A stretch of DNA of 64,000 nt from Eledone cirrhosa (taxonomy: Eukaryota). Shown in pieces: positions 23,701-36,692 of the stretch. A model generated the notes under the pieces. The model saw only the letters and a program-made list of their open reading frames with translations. It did no database searches and was not told the origin of the DNA. The stretch covers positions 7,006,001 to 7,070,000 of the forward strand of contig OZ024761.1 of NCBI GenBank assembly GCA_964016885.1. The letters are read 5' to 3'. The translations under genes were made by a program, and so were the position numbers. Position 1 is the first letter of the stretch, and each line of letters begins with the position of its first letter.

Positions 23701-26700
23701 AGACAAGTCAGCTCAACTGACCACGTCTTGCTCATACAGATCTGTATTTTGGTTTGGTTTCTATGGCTGGATGCCCTTCCTAAAGTCAACCACATTAGTG
23801 TGGACTGGGTTCTTTTGATTGTGGCACCAGAATGACTATCTAACAGGGTGGGCTGGGCTGGGTGCTTTTCCGTCGTAGTGATGGTGTCATTGTAAAAGGC
23901 ACTCTGTAAAACATGGGACCATATGTGAGATGTAGGCCTGGAGCCCATTTGTGAGGTCAGTTGCTGCCCATGAGTACTGATTCTTTTGACGAACCATCCA
24001 AGCCTTACTAGCTTGAGAAACAGATGGTGTTGATATATAGATTGTCAGAACAAAAAGCACCCACCATACTGTAAAGTGGTTGTGTAGGTGTCACAACAAA
24101 AGACACCCACCACACTGTAATGTGGTTGTGTAGGTGTCACAACAAAAGACACCCACCATACTGTAAAGTGGTTGTGTAGGTGTCACAACAAAAGACACCC
24201 ACCATACTGTAAAGTGGTTGTGTAGGTGTCACAATAAAAGACACCCACCATACTGTAAAGTGGTTGTGTAGGTGTCACAACAAAAGACACCCACCACACT
24301 GTAATGTGGTTGTGTAGGTGTCACAACAAAAGACACCCACCATACTGTAAAGTGGTTGTGTAGGTGTCACAACAAAAGACACCCACCATACTGTAAAGTG
24401 GTTGTGTAGGTGTCACAATAAGACACCCACCATACTGTAAAGTGGTTGTGTAGGTGTCACATCAAAAGACACCCACCATACTGTAAAGTGGTTGTGTAGG
24501 TGTCACAACAAAAGACACCCACCACACTGTAATGTGGTTGTGTAGGTGTCACAACAAAAAGCACCCACCATACTGTAAAGTGGTTGTGTAGGTGTCACAA
24601 CAAAATACACCCACCATACTGTAAAGTGGTTGTGTAGGTGTCACAACAAAAGACACCCTCCACACTGTAATGTGGTTGTGTAGGTGTCACAACAAAAGAC
24701 ACCCACCACACTAATGTGGTTGTGTAGGTGTCACAACAAAAGACACCCACCATACTGTAAAGTGGTTGTGTAGGTGTTACAATAAAAGACACCCACCATA
24801 CTGTAAAGTGGTTGTGTAGGTGTCACAACAAAAGACACCCACCACACTGTAATGTGGTTGTGTAGGTGTCACAACAAAAAGCACCCACCATACTGTAAAG
24901 TGGTTGTGTAGGTGTCACAACAAAATACACCCACTATACTGTAAAGTGGTTGTGTAGGTGTCACAACAAAAGACAACCAACACACTGTAATGTGGTTGTG
25001 TAGGTGTCACAACAAAAGACAACCAACACACTGTAATGTGGTTGTGTAGGTGTCACAACAAAAGACACCCACCATACTGTACAGTGGTTGTGTAGGTGTT
25101 ACAATAAAAGACACCCACCATACTGTAAAGTGGTTGTGTAGGTGTCACAACAAAAGACACCCACAACACTGTAATGTGGTTGTGTAGGTGTCACAACAAA
25201 AGACACCCACCATACTGTAAAGTGGTTGTGTAGGTGTCACAACAAAAGACACCCACCACACTGTAATGTGGTTGTGTAGGTGTCACAACAAAAGACACCC
25301 ACCATACTGTAAAGTGGTTGTGTAGGTGTCACAACAAAAGACACCCACCACACTGTAATGTGGTTGTGTAGGTGTCACAACAAAAGACACCCACCACACT
25401 GTAATGTGGTTGTGTAGGTGTCACAACAAAAGACACCCACCACACTGTAATGTGGTTGTGTAGGTGTCACAACAAAAGACACCCACCATACTGTAAAGTG
25501 GTTGTGTAGGTGTCACAACAAAAGACACCCACCACACTGTAATGTGGATGTGTAGGTGTCACAACAAAAAACACCCTCCATACCGTAAAGTTGTGTATAT
25601 GTCACAACAAAAAGCACCCAGTACTCACTGTAAATGAGGTTGGCATTAGAAAACATGCCCAAATCAGTTCTGTATGAGCAGGACACAGTCACCTGACCTG
25701 GAATTGCTCACAACAGAACAACCAATGCTAGTGTGGAAAATGGACGTAAAACTATGATGATGATATTATTGTCGTCATTATTTTACATCTGCGGTGGATT
25801 GGCAGTATCGGTAGGGGGTCGGACGCCATGCTTTGCAGCATAGAGTTACGGCTCTTTACGATCTGAGCTCAAATCCCGCTGAGGTTAACTTTGCCTTTCA
25901 TCCTTATGGGGTCAATAAAATAAAGTACCAGTCACGCACTGGGGTCAATTTAATCGTGCCTATATAAGAAACCATTATTTTACATCTGCGGTGGATTAGC
26001 AGTATCGGTAGAGGGTTGGACGCCATGCTTTGCAGCATAGAGTTACGGCCCTTTATGGTCTGAGTTCAAATCCCGCCGAGGTTAACTTTGCCTTTCATCC
26101 TTACGTGGTCGATAAAATAAAGTACCAGTAATGCACTGGATAATTGCTGGCCTTGTTCCAAAAGTAGAAACAATTATTTTACATCTGCTTTTCCTCATTT
26201 GCGTGGGGTTGGATAAATCATTTTCAGCATGGCATCTCCCCACTTGTCTTGCTCCTTCTTCATTTCTTCGATGAGCCTCAGCGATTTGAGATCAGCTCTC
26301 ACCATATCTTCCTCAGTCTTCCTCTACTGCAGCTTCCCTCCACTTAGAATTCTAGGCACTTCTTCAACCAGTGATCATAATTCATGCTTATCACATGTCC
26401 ATACCTCTGCAGTCTTCTCTCATGCCCATTATATCTGATTCATACTTGTTTTTTTTTTGTTGTTTTTTTTATTCCATTCTAGAAAGTAGCAGTACCACCA
26501 GCAAGTCTAAAGCCCCAAGGCTAACAAAGGGCTATCACTCTTCTCGGAATGCTTACATGCTGGTATATATAAAACGGATATCTGAAGAGAAGGCTGGTAA
26601 ATAGACCTTGGATTGTTGATGGTGTGTCTGTACGATATCAGGGTATTGGTGGTGATCTGTTGGATAGGAGGGTGTTGGTGGTGGTCTGTAGGATGTCAGG

Positions 26701-29700
26701 GTGTTGGTGGTAGTCTATAGGATATGAGGGTGTTGGTGGTGGTCTGTAGGATATCAGGGTGATGGTGGTGGTCTGTTGGATATGAGGGTGTTGGTGGTGG
26801 TCTGTTGGATATCTGACTGTTGGTGGTGGTCTATAGGATATCAGTGTTGGTGGTGCTCTGTAGGATATCAGGGTGTTGGTGGTGGTGGTCTGTAGGATGT
26901 CAGGGTGTTGGTGGTTGTGGTCTGTAGGATATCAGGGTGTTGGTGGTTGTGGTCTGTAGGATATCAGGGTGTTGGTGGTTGTGGTCTGTAGGATATCAGG
27001 GTGTTGATGGTTGTGGTCTGTAGGATATCAGGGTGTTGGTGGTTGTGGTCTATAGGATATCAGGGTGTTGGTGGTGGTGGTGGTCTATAGGATGTCAGGG
27101 TGTTGGTGGTGGTGGTCTGTAGGATATCAGGGTGTTGATGGTTGTGGTCTGTAGGATATCAGGGTGTTGGTGGTTGTGGTCTGTAGGATGTCAGGGTGTT
27201 GGTGGTTGTGGTCTGTAGGATGTCAGGGTGTTGGTGGTTGTGGTCTGTAGGATATCAGGGTGTTGGTGGTTGTGGGATGTAGGATATCAGGGTGTTGGTG
27301 GTTGTGGGATGTAGGATATCAGGGTGTTGGTGGTTGTGGGATGTAGGATATCAGGGTGTTGGTGGTAGTCTGTACGATATCAGGGTGTTGGTGGTGTGTC
27401 TGTAGGATATCAGGGTGTTGGTGGTGGTCTGTACGATATCAGGGTGTTGTTGGTGGTTGGTAGGATATCAGGGTGTTGGTGGTCTGTAGGATATCAGGGT
27501 GTTGTGGTGCTGGTCTGTAGGATATCAGGGTGTTGGTGGTGTGTCTGTAGGATATCAGGGTGTTGTTGGTGGTTGGTAGGATATCAGGGTGTTGGTGGTC
27601 TGTAGGATATCAGGGTGTTGTGGTGCTGGTCTGTAGGATATCAGGGTGTTGGTGGTGTGTCTGTAGGATATCAGGGTGTTAGTGGTGGTTTGTAGGATAT
27701 CAGGCTGTTGGTAGTGGTCTGTAGGATATCAGGGTGTTAGTGGTGGTCTGTAGGATATCAGAGTGTTGGTGGTGGTCTGTACGATATCAGGGTGTTGGAG
27801 CTGTGTTTAAGATATCAGTCTGATCAGGTTGCTGATGGTGTCTGTTGGTCTGATTTTTATGGAACGAGGCTGCAGAATTCATTAAACTATCACATTCGTG
27901 ATGTATTGAATGTCTTAAAAACATGGGAAGGTTTTAAGTTGTAAAAACATGAAGGTTTTATGTTGTATAAACATGGGAAGGTTTTATGTTGTAAAAACAT
28001 GTGAAGGTTTTATGTTGTAAAAACATGTGAAGGTTTTATGTTGTAAAAACATGTGAAGGTTTTATGTTGTATAAACATGGGAAGGTTTTATGTTGTAAAA
28101 ACATAGGAAGGTTTTATTGTTGTAAAAATATGTGATGGTTTTATGTTGTATAAACATGGGAAGGTTTTATTGTTGTAAAAACATGGGAAGGTTTTATGTC
28201 GTATAAACATGGGAAGGTTTTATGTCGTATAAACATGGGAAGGTTTTATTGTTGTAAAAACATGTGAAGGTTTTATGTTGTATAAACATGGGAAGGTTTT
28301 ATGTTGTATAAACATGGGAAGGTTTTATGTCGTAAAAACATGTGAAGGTTTTATGTCGTAAAAACATGTGAAGGTTTTATGTCGTATAAACATGGGAAGG
28401 TTTTAAGTTGTAAAAACATGGGAAGGTTTTAAGTTGTAAAAACATGGGATGGTTTTATGTTGTAAAAACATGGGAAGGTTTTATGTTGTAAAAACATGGG
28501 AAGGTTTTATGTTGTAAAAACATGGGAAGGTTTTATTGTTGTAAAAACATGGGAAGGTTTTATGTTGTAAAAACATGTGAAGGTTTTATGTCGTATAAAC
28601 ATGGGAAGGTTTTATGTTGTAAAAACATGTGAAGGTTTTATGTTGTGAAAAGAATATGAAAAAAAGGCAAATGCAGAAATGTGAGTTGTGAATTTAATGC
28701 ATTTCTGCTAGTCTTTGTCACTGTAAAGTCAGCATGACATGGTGTTGTTATAATTGTTGTTGTTTGTAGTCTTAGGAAAACCAAATGTAACACTTTTTTT
28801 AAGGGGATGGAGGTATTTTCCTATTTAAATATTCCCCTCACCCTACGCACTTTTGTTTTATGATTCTCCCCCTGCCAGCCAATAGCTTGGATTCTGACAA
28901 AGTCAATGAAGATTTGCTACCAGACCATGTACGAGATTATGTTTTGATGGACAACAAACGGTTTGAGGATTGGATCCAGGAGCTGCTAAATATGAGGGTG
29001 AGACCAAATTATTATTATTATCATCACTAGCAGAAAAACCACCCTTCGAATGGTTTTCTGCTAGCTTGTGTAGTGTGCATATTGATATTATATGCAAATA
29101 TATATTCATGTAGATATGATACATCAAATAAAACCCTAATTAACAATATGTACACAAATTGAAGAGAGACTGTGTTACACTGTCTTCTGTAATCAGTAAA
29201 GTAATCCATGATATATTTTAAAAAGACAATATTATATATAAACTGCATTACGGTGAAATGTAATGAAAACGAAAAAGGAGAAAATTAGTGACAGAAATAT
29301 AAACGTTATATAACGATGTAAATATATGAATGTTTATATAAGCGATGTGATATAGCATGTTATATCAACCGAAAGTATTGACATTTGAAAATTTTAAAAG
29401 AAGTGAATCTTAAAATAAGCAATCATTATATATAAGAATATTTATGTTTAACCCTTTAGTGTTCAAACCGCCCCAAACTGGCCGCAATTATTTCCCCTTC
29501 ATTTGTTCAAACCACCCGAAACTGGCCGATAACATCCACACTAAAATATCGTTCTAAAAATAAACAATACTGTCATCAAAATCTCGTCAATTCGAGATTA
29601 CTGCGAGATTAGGCCCTTACCGCGAAAATTAACACTTAATATAGTAAAACAACTTAAAACAACACAACAACACGTGTATTTTTAACATTGAAAGTAGAAC

Positions 29701-32700
29701 AGATTTTTTTGTGTATCAACATGGCTTGTGAAAGTAGCGATACCGATTTTGAAGGTTTTACACATGATGACATTCAGAATGAACAAGAAACAAAAGATAA
29801 TATTAGTGATTTATCTTCAAATGAATCAGATGTTTATATTTCTGAAATATCATCTGACGATGATTGTTGTTTTGAAAGTGAAAACGGAGTTCTCCAGGAC
29901 GCCATTGAAAATATTACAGCAACGTGGTTGAAAAATACCACACTAATATATGTTCCCGATTTTATTCAAAATACTGGTCCACAACACACATTAGCTCCCG
30001 ATGCTAAAGCACTGGAGGATTATTTCTTTTTGTTTTTACCACAAACTTTCTTCGAAGTTGTGGCAGAAGAGATTAGTCGATATGCCCAACAACAGATTTC
30101 AAATCAAGGAAAACCTGATCTGTTTGGCAACCGATAGATGCTGCAGAAATGCAAGCATTTTTTACCATAAATATTATGTTCGGTATAAAACAATTTCCAA
30201 GACTGGAATTACTGGAGCACTGATATAAGGTTTAGTGATCCTTATATATCAAGTATTATGCCGAAAACAACGTATTTAAAATTAAACCAGTATTTGCACC
30301 TGGTTGATACTTCAAATGCCCCTATTAGTTAATTTCACCTGCCCATAAAAGTCAAATTTAACTAAAAAAATCAGGTAAAATTATATAATTGTAAGTTATT
30401 GATATTTAAACATCTACTGACAAAATTTCAAGCCTGCACATAGAAAATTAAGAAAATTACAAACAAATAAAATTGATAACCCTCTTGAGTACGATTAACT
30501 GAAAATAATTGTTTCTACTTTTGGCACAAGACCAGCAATTATCCCAGTGTATTACTGGTACTTTATTTTATCGACCCCGTAAGGATGAAAGGCAAAGCTA
30601 ACCTCGGCGGGATTTGAACTCAGATCATAAAGGACCATAACTCTATGCTGCAATGCATGTCATCCGACCCTCTACCGATTCTGCCAATAATGTGAACAGA
30701 TAATGACATTTGATAAATTAATGTGAATGCTAAAGGGTTAATCAACAGCCACGAAATTTAGTAGGTAAATTATATTATATTCATTCATTATTTATTTAAA
30801 GTAAAGGGCGGTAGATTGGCAGTATCGGTAGAGAGTCGGACGCCATGCTTTCCAGCATAGTTACGTCCCTTTACGATCTGAGTTCAAATCCCGCCGAGGT
30901 TGACTTAGCCTTTCATCCTTACGAGGTCGATAAAATAAAGTACCAGGAATGCACTGGGTAATTGCTGGCCTTGTGCCTAAAGTAGAAACAATTATTTATT
31001 CAAAGTAAACGGTGACAGTCACTTGATCACCTATAGATCAGGGGAATACACCAGCCAGATAGGTTTTATCCTTACTAGAAAATGAGACAGATTGTCTGTT
31101 ATGAACACTAAGACCCTCACGAAGAACGCACCTCCCAACATAGCTTAATAGTTAGTTACCTCATAGTCGGGGCCAGATGAACTCGTCGGCAGAGGAATAC
31201 CTCGAGGAGAAGAATATGGAAGTTAAACGACCCCACAGCCAGTAACAAATTTAAAAGCATATTACTTGATGCTTTTAACAGTAAGGAAGAGCAATTAGAG
31301 ACGTACAATATAGAGGAACAGTGGGAATGCCTGAAAGTTAACCCGCTGAAGGCAACAGATGAAATCTGTGGCTGGAGCAGACCTATTGGCAGGAGGAAAG
31401 TAACTTGGTGGTGGAACAGTAAGGTGGAGGAGTCAATTAAGGCCAAAAAGCAGGCTTGGAAAGTATGGTGAGATGGGGGGGGGGGAAGTAGAGAAGACTA
31501 TCAAGTGGCCAGGAGAGAAGCTAGGAGACAAGTGTACCTTGCAAGAAGAGGGAAGCAGAGGATAGAAAGTTCAAGCATGTTCTACAATGTGAGGATCAAA
31601 AGTGAGGTGTTCAGGATTGTGAGGCAATGTGTCAAGGAGCACTGTGATATTGTCAGGGAGACATGTGTCCATAATGACGATGGTATACTTGCCCTCACTG
31701 ATACTGATAAGGTCGCTTGGAAGTGTCACTACGAGGGACTACTGAATGTGGAGAATGAATGGAATAAAGATAGTCTGCTCACATTGATCCAATAGAGGGA
31801 CCAGCGGTGCAAGTTGATGGTAGTGTAATAAGTAAGGCAATCAAAGATATGAAGACAGGCAAGGCAGCTGGGCCTTCAGGGATAGTTGCTGAAATGTTGA
31901 AGGTATCTGGAATGGTGGGACATACTATGGTCACCCGGATAGTAAACCAAGTCATACAGAATGGGGTCATACCAAATGACTGGCGTAGCAGCATCATCGT
32001 CAACTGTTACAAAGGCAAAGGAGTTGTTATAGATAGGGGAAACTATAGAGGCATTAAGTTAGTTGACCAGGTAATGAAGGTCACAGAAAGAGTTATTACT
32101 TAACTGACTAGAGACTGAATTGATTTAGATGAAATGCAGTTTGGGTTTGTGCCAGGTAAAAGTACCACGGATGCTCTTTTCCTTGTACGGCAATTACAGA
32201 AGTACCTAGCTAACAGTAAATCCCTCTACTTAGCTTTTGTTGACTTGGAGAAAGTCTTTGACAGAGTCCCACGCATCTTAATCTGGTGGGCTCTTAGAAA
32301 ACTAGGAGTGGAAGAATGGCTTGTGGGAGCTATACAAGCCATGTATAGAGGAACAGTCAGCAAGGTTAGAAGTAACAATGAATATAGTGAAGAATTTAGC
32401 GTAAAAGTAGGGGTTCACCAAGGCTCCATCCTTAGCCCCCTCCTGTTTATTATTTCCTACAAGCTATAACAAGGGTTTAAGACCAGCTGTCCATGGGAAC
32501 TTCTATATGCAGATGATCTAACTCTCATAGCTGAATCTATGGCTGAACTAGAGAAGAAATTCCAAATATGGAAGCATGGCCTAGAATCAAAAGGCCTTAG
32601 AGTTTAGACTAAAGTTCTAGTATGTAGAAAGGATAGGGTGCAGGTGCCCTCTGGGAGATGGCCATACTCAGTGTGTAGGAAAGGAGTAGGTAGAAATACC

Positions 32701-33762
32701 ATTCTATATCCCAAATGCAAACTATGGGTACATGAAATATGTAGTGGGATCACAGGTAAGCTATCTAAGAACATAGATTTTATATGTGGCCGATGCTCAG
32801 GTGCAGTAAGTAGCAAGGACCCACTGGATGCTATCTCCTTCAACTGCCCAGATGGTTCTATAGAAATATTAGACACTTTCCGTTACCTGGGTGACAAAAT
32901 CAGCAGTGGCGGTGGGTGTTCTGAAAGTACAGTAGCCAGAGTTAGAATGGGATGGAAAAAGTTCAGAGAGCTTATACTGCTGTTGGCCACAAGCGGTTTT
33001 TCTTTAAAAATGAAAGGCAGATTGTATGATGCTTGCATACGAACAGCAATGTTACATGGCAGTGAGACATGGGCATTGTGTGCAGAGGACCTGTGCAGAC
33101 TGGAAAGGAACAAAGGAACAAAGCTTGCATGTGCACAAACGGCTAAGCATAAACGAATTGAGAGAGAGACTAAGCATAAGAGGTATCAAATGTTGTGTTC
33201 TGGAGAGGAGATTGTGTTGGTATGGACATGTGATGCATATGAAGGATCACACCTGTATAAAAAAGTGCAATCAAAATTGATGGAAGTTACAGAGTGGGGA
33301 GACCAAGAAAAACCTGGGACGAGGTGATAAAAACTGACCTTGCTCACCTAGACCTCTCTAAGACAATGTCACTGGATCGAGATCTTTGGCGCCCTGCATT
33401 TATACAGAAGACCTGCCTTCCCTTGCATACAAACTTAAATCTACAGTCAGTAGGCACCTCTTAACCCAATACACACCCACCCCACACACTCTATTCCAGC
33501 CTCTTATTTCCGTCCACTGTAAAGTGGTCATGTTGGTGACACAACAATAAGCACCCAGTTCACACTGTAAAGTGGTCGTGTAGGAGACACGGTAAAAAGG
33601 CTCTCAGTCCACACTGTAAATGTGGTTGGTGTTGTCCAGCCGTAGAAAACCTGCCAGATACAGTCCTATACAAGTGAGACACGGTCACCCAATCAATCTT
33701 GCCTCAAGTAGGACAATTCCCATCCAGCCCATGCTAGCGTGGAAGATGGACGTTAAATGATG

Positions 33763-33797
<35 letters not shown>

Positions 33798-36606
33798 TCA
33801 TCATTTTACGTCCCAGGACCTGTCCCACCCTTGCTTGCAAGGGTGAGACAGGTCCTATTCAGCACAGCATCTCTCCATTCGTCGCAGTCCTTTGTCATCT
33901 CCTTCGTGAGCTTCAGCGATCTGAGGTCTGCTCTCACCACCTCCGCCCATGTTTTTCGTGGTCTACCTCTACTGCGTCTTCCTTCTACTGGGATTTCTTG
34001 GCACTTCTTTACCCAGCCGTCATTCTCCATGCCCATCACATGTCCATACCATCTCAGCCTTCTCTCCTGCACACTGCAGCCTATCCCTCTTATACACAGT
34101 TTCTCTCTCAACTCGTCTATGCTTGGTCGTTTATGCACATTGGCACTGCACATCCAACAGAGCATACTTGCTTCATTTCTCTCCAGCTGTTGCATATCTT
34201 CCACAGTTGCTGCCCATGTCTCACTACCATGCAGCATCGCACATCTCACACAGGCATCATATGACCGGCCTTTCGTTCGTAGGGAGAAATCCTTCTTTGT
34301 TAACAGAGGAAGCAGCTCCCTCTTCCAACCTGTCCTTATTCTAGATACTATGGCCTCGGAGCACACTCCCCCCTTGCTAACATGATCACCTAGGTATCAG
34401 AAGCTATCAACCACCTCTATAGATTCTACCTGCATTTGAAAAATATGTCTATCACTGCAACTTCTACTATCAAATTTCCCTGAACATCTACTGCATATGT
34501 AGTTTTCCCTACCTGTTAGTTTACCTGCTATCCCACTACATCCCTTGTGTACATTCTATAGAATTTATGCCAACTCCTTTTCTACATATCGAACATGGCT
34601 ATTTCCCTGATGGAATCAGAGTTTTGTCTTCTTTCCTACTTTAGAAGTATTAAATAAAGATATAGATGTGCGTGTGGATGTTAATGTTTGTATTAGTATA
34701 GTGTGTATTTTGTATCGATAGAAGTTACCAGTAAAGCAGTTAAAGGCAATGTCGTGGTAAATAGTATCATAAGTCTTTATGATGTTTTTACATAATTTAT
34801 TTACAGACCGATTACAAAGGTTTAGCTGGCATGCCAAAAGAAATGAATAAACAAATGAAGAGTTTGAGAAGGTGCGGGGAACTGGCTGAGGTGTTAGCCA
34901 AGTCTGTAGTGATGTTTTGTTACATATTGTTTATGCTTGAGGAACGAATTCAAGAGGTGTTTACCTTAACGGTGTCGAGCTGCATGAGAAAGAGTTTATC
35001 GAAAAGAAGCGGGAATTTCTCCATTTGGGCGGAAGTTGAGATACATTTCCCTACGCTGGTAGCGATTGGCTGAATTCAGCCAAACAACGCACGGAAAAGG
35101 TATCAATGCACCAAAGGAAAATAGCTTGCTACACTACTTATCAACACTTTTGTCTTAGCTAGATTCACTCTCAGTCCTCTTGCTTCCAACTGCTGTTTCC
35201 ACAGCCAGAATTTCTTCTCTAGCTCCTCTACTGATTCTGATATAAGAACCAGATCGTTAGCATAGAGAAGTTCCCATGGGCAGCCAGTCTTAAACTCCTC
35301 TGTTATGGCTTGGAGGACTATAATGAACATGAGCGGGCTGAGGACCGAACCCTGATGTACTCCTACTTGTATCTGGAATTGCTCACTAAACTCCATTCCT
35401 ACTCTCACTTTACTGACAGCACCTCTGTACATAGCTTGCACTGTCCTCAGAAAACATTCCTCTACACCTAGTTTCCTTAGGGACCACATGATGACAGATT
35501 GGGGTACTCTATCAAAGGCTTTCTCTAGGTCAACAAAAGCTAAATATAGTGGCTTATCCTTCTAAGAACCTCTCTTGTAGTTGTCTCACTAAGAAGAGAG
35601 CATCTGTTGTACTTTTCCCAGGCACAAAACCAAACTGCATTTCATCTAATTTGACCCTTTCTCTAATCAGTTGTGCTAATATCCTTTCTGCCACTTTCAT
35701 AACCTGATCTATCAGTTTTATGATCCTATAATTGCTCCTCTCCAGAGCATCCCCTTTACCTTTGTAGCAATTTATGAGAATACTGCTGCACCAGTCTTTG
35801 GGTATGACACCATATATAGCCTGATTGACTATGCGTGTAACCATTTTAGTGCCTACGTCCCCTGATGCCTTCAGCATCTCAGCAACTATCCCTGATGGTC
35901 CAGCAGCCTTACCACTTTTCATTTCCTTAATTACCTCTTGGACCCTATAGTCATCAATTTCAATAGCGGGTCCCTCTGTCGGGTCTCCTGGGGGCAGTTT
36001 CTCTCTCTCCCATTTATTTTCGACATTCATCAGTCTCTCATAATGACATTTCCAGGCCTCCTCTTTCTGATCATTTGTGACACTAAGTACACCAGCATCA
36101 TTCCGGACACATTTGTCTCCAACAACATCCTGATTTACACTGACACACTGCCTTGCAATGTGGAACACCGCACGTCTCTGATCTTCCCGTCGCAGAACAT
36201 TGGCAACCCTCCTACTCTCAGCCTCCCTGTGTGCTAAGTACACCTGACGTCTAGCTTCTCTCTTAGTGGCTGTGTATCGGTCCCTACTCTCACCCTTTTT
36301 CCAAGCCTTCCATGCTAGTCTTTTGTCTCTAATGGCCCTATCTACTGTGCTGTTCCACCACCAGGTCACCCTCTGTCTGGTCGGAGCTCTGCTCCAGCCA
36401 CAAGTTTCTTCAGTAGCCTGCAGTAAGTTGTCACTTAAGAAATTCCGGTTATCATATATGTCGTACGATATGAGTGTGTGTAAATGTTTCATTGATTCTT
36501 AAACAATGTCCTCTTTCTCTTTCAGGACCAAAGTGTTGAGAGTGGACGAGAGAGACAGCAGGAGATTAAATATGTATATTATTCACTAGTGCCTAAAGGG
36601 AGTAAG

Positions 36607-36692
<86 letters not shown>

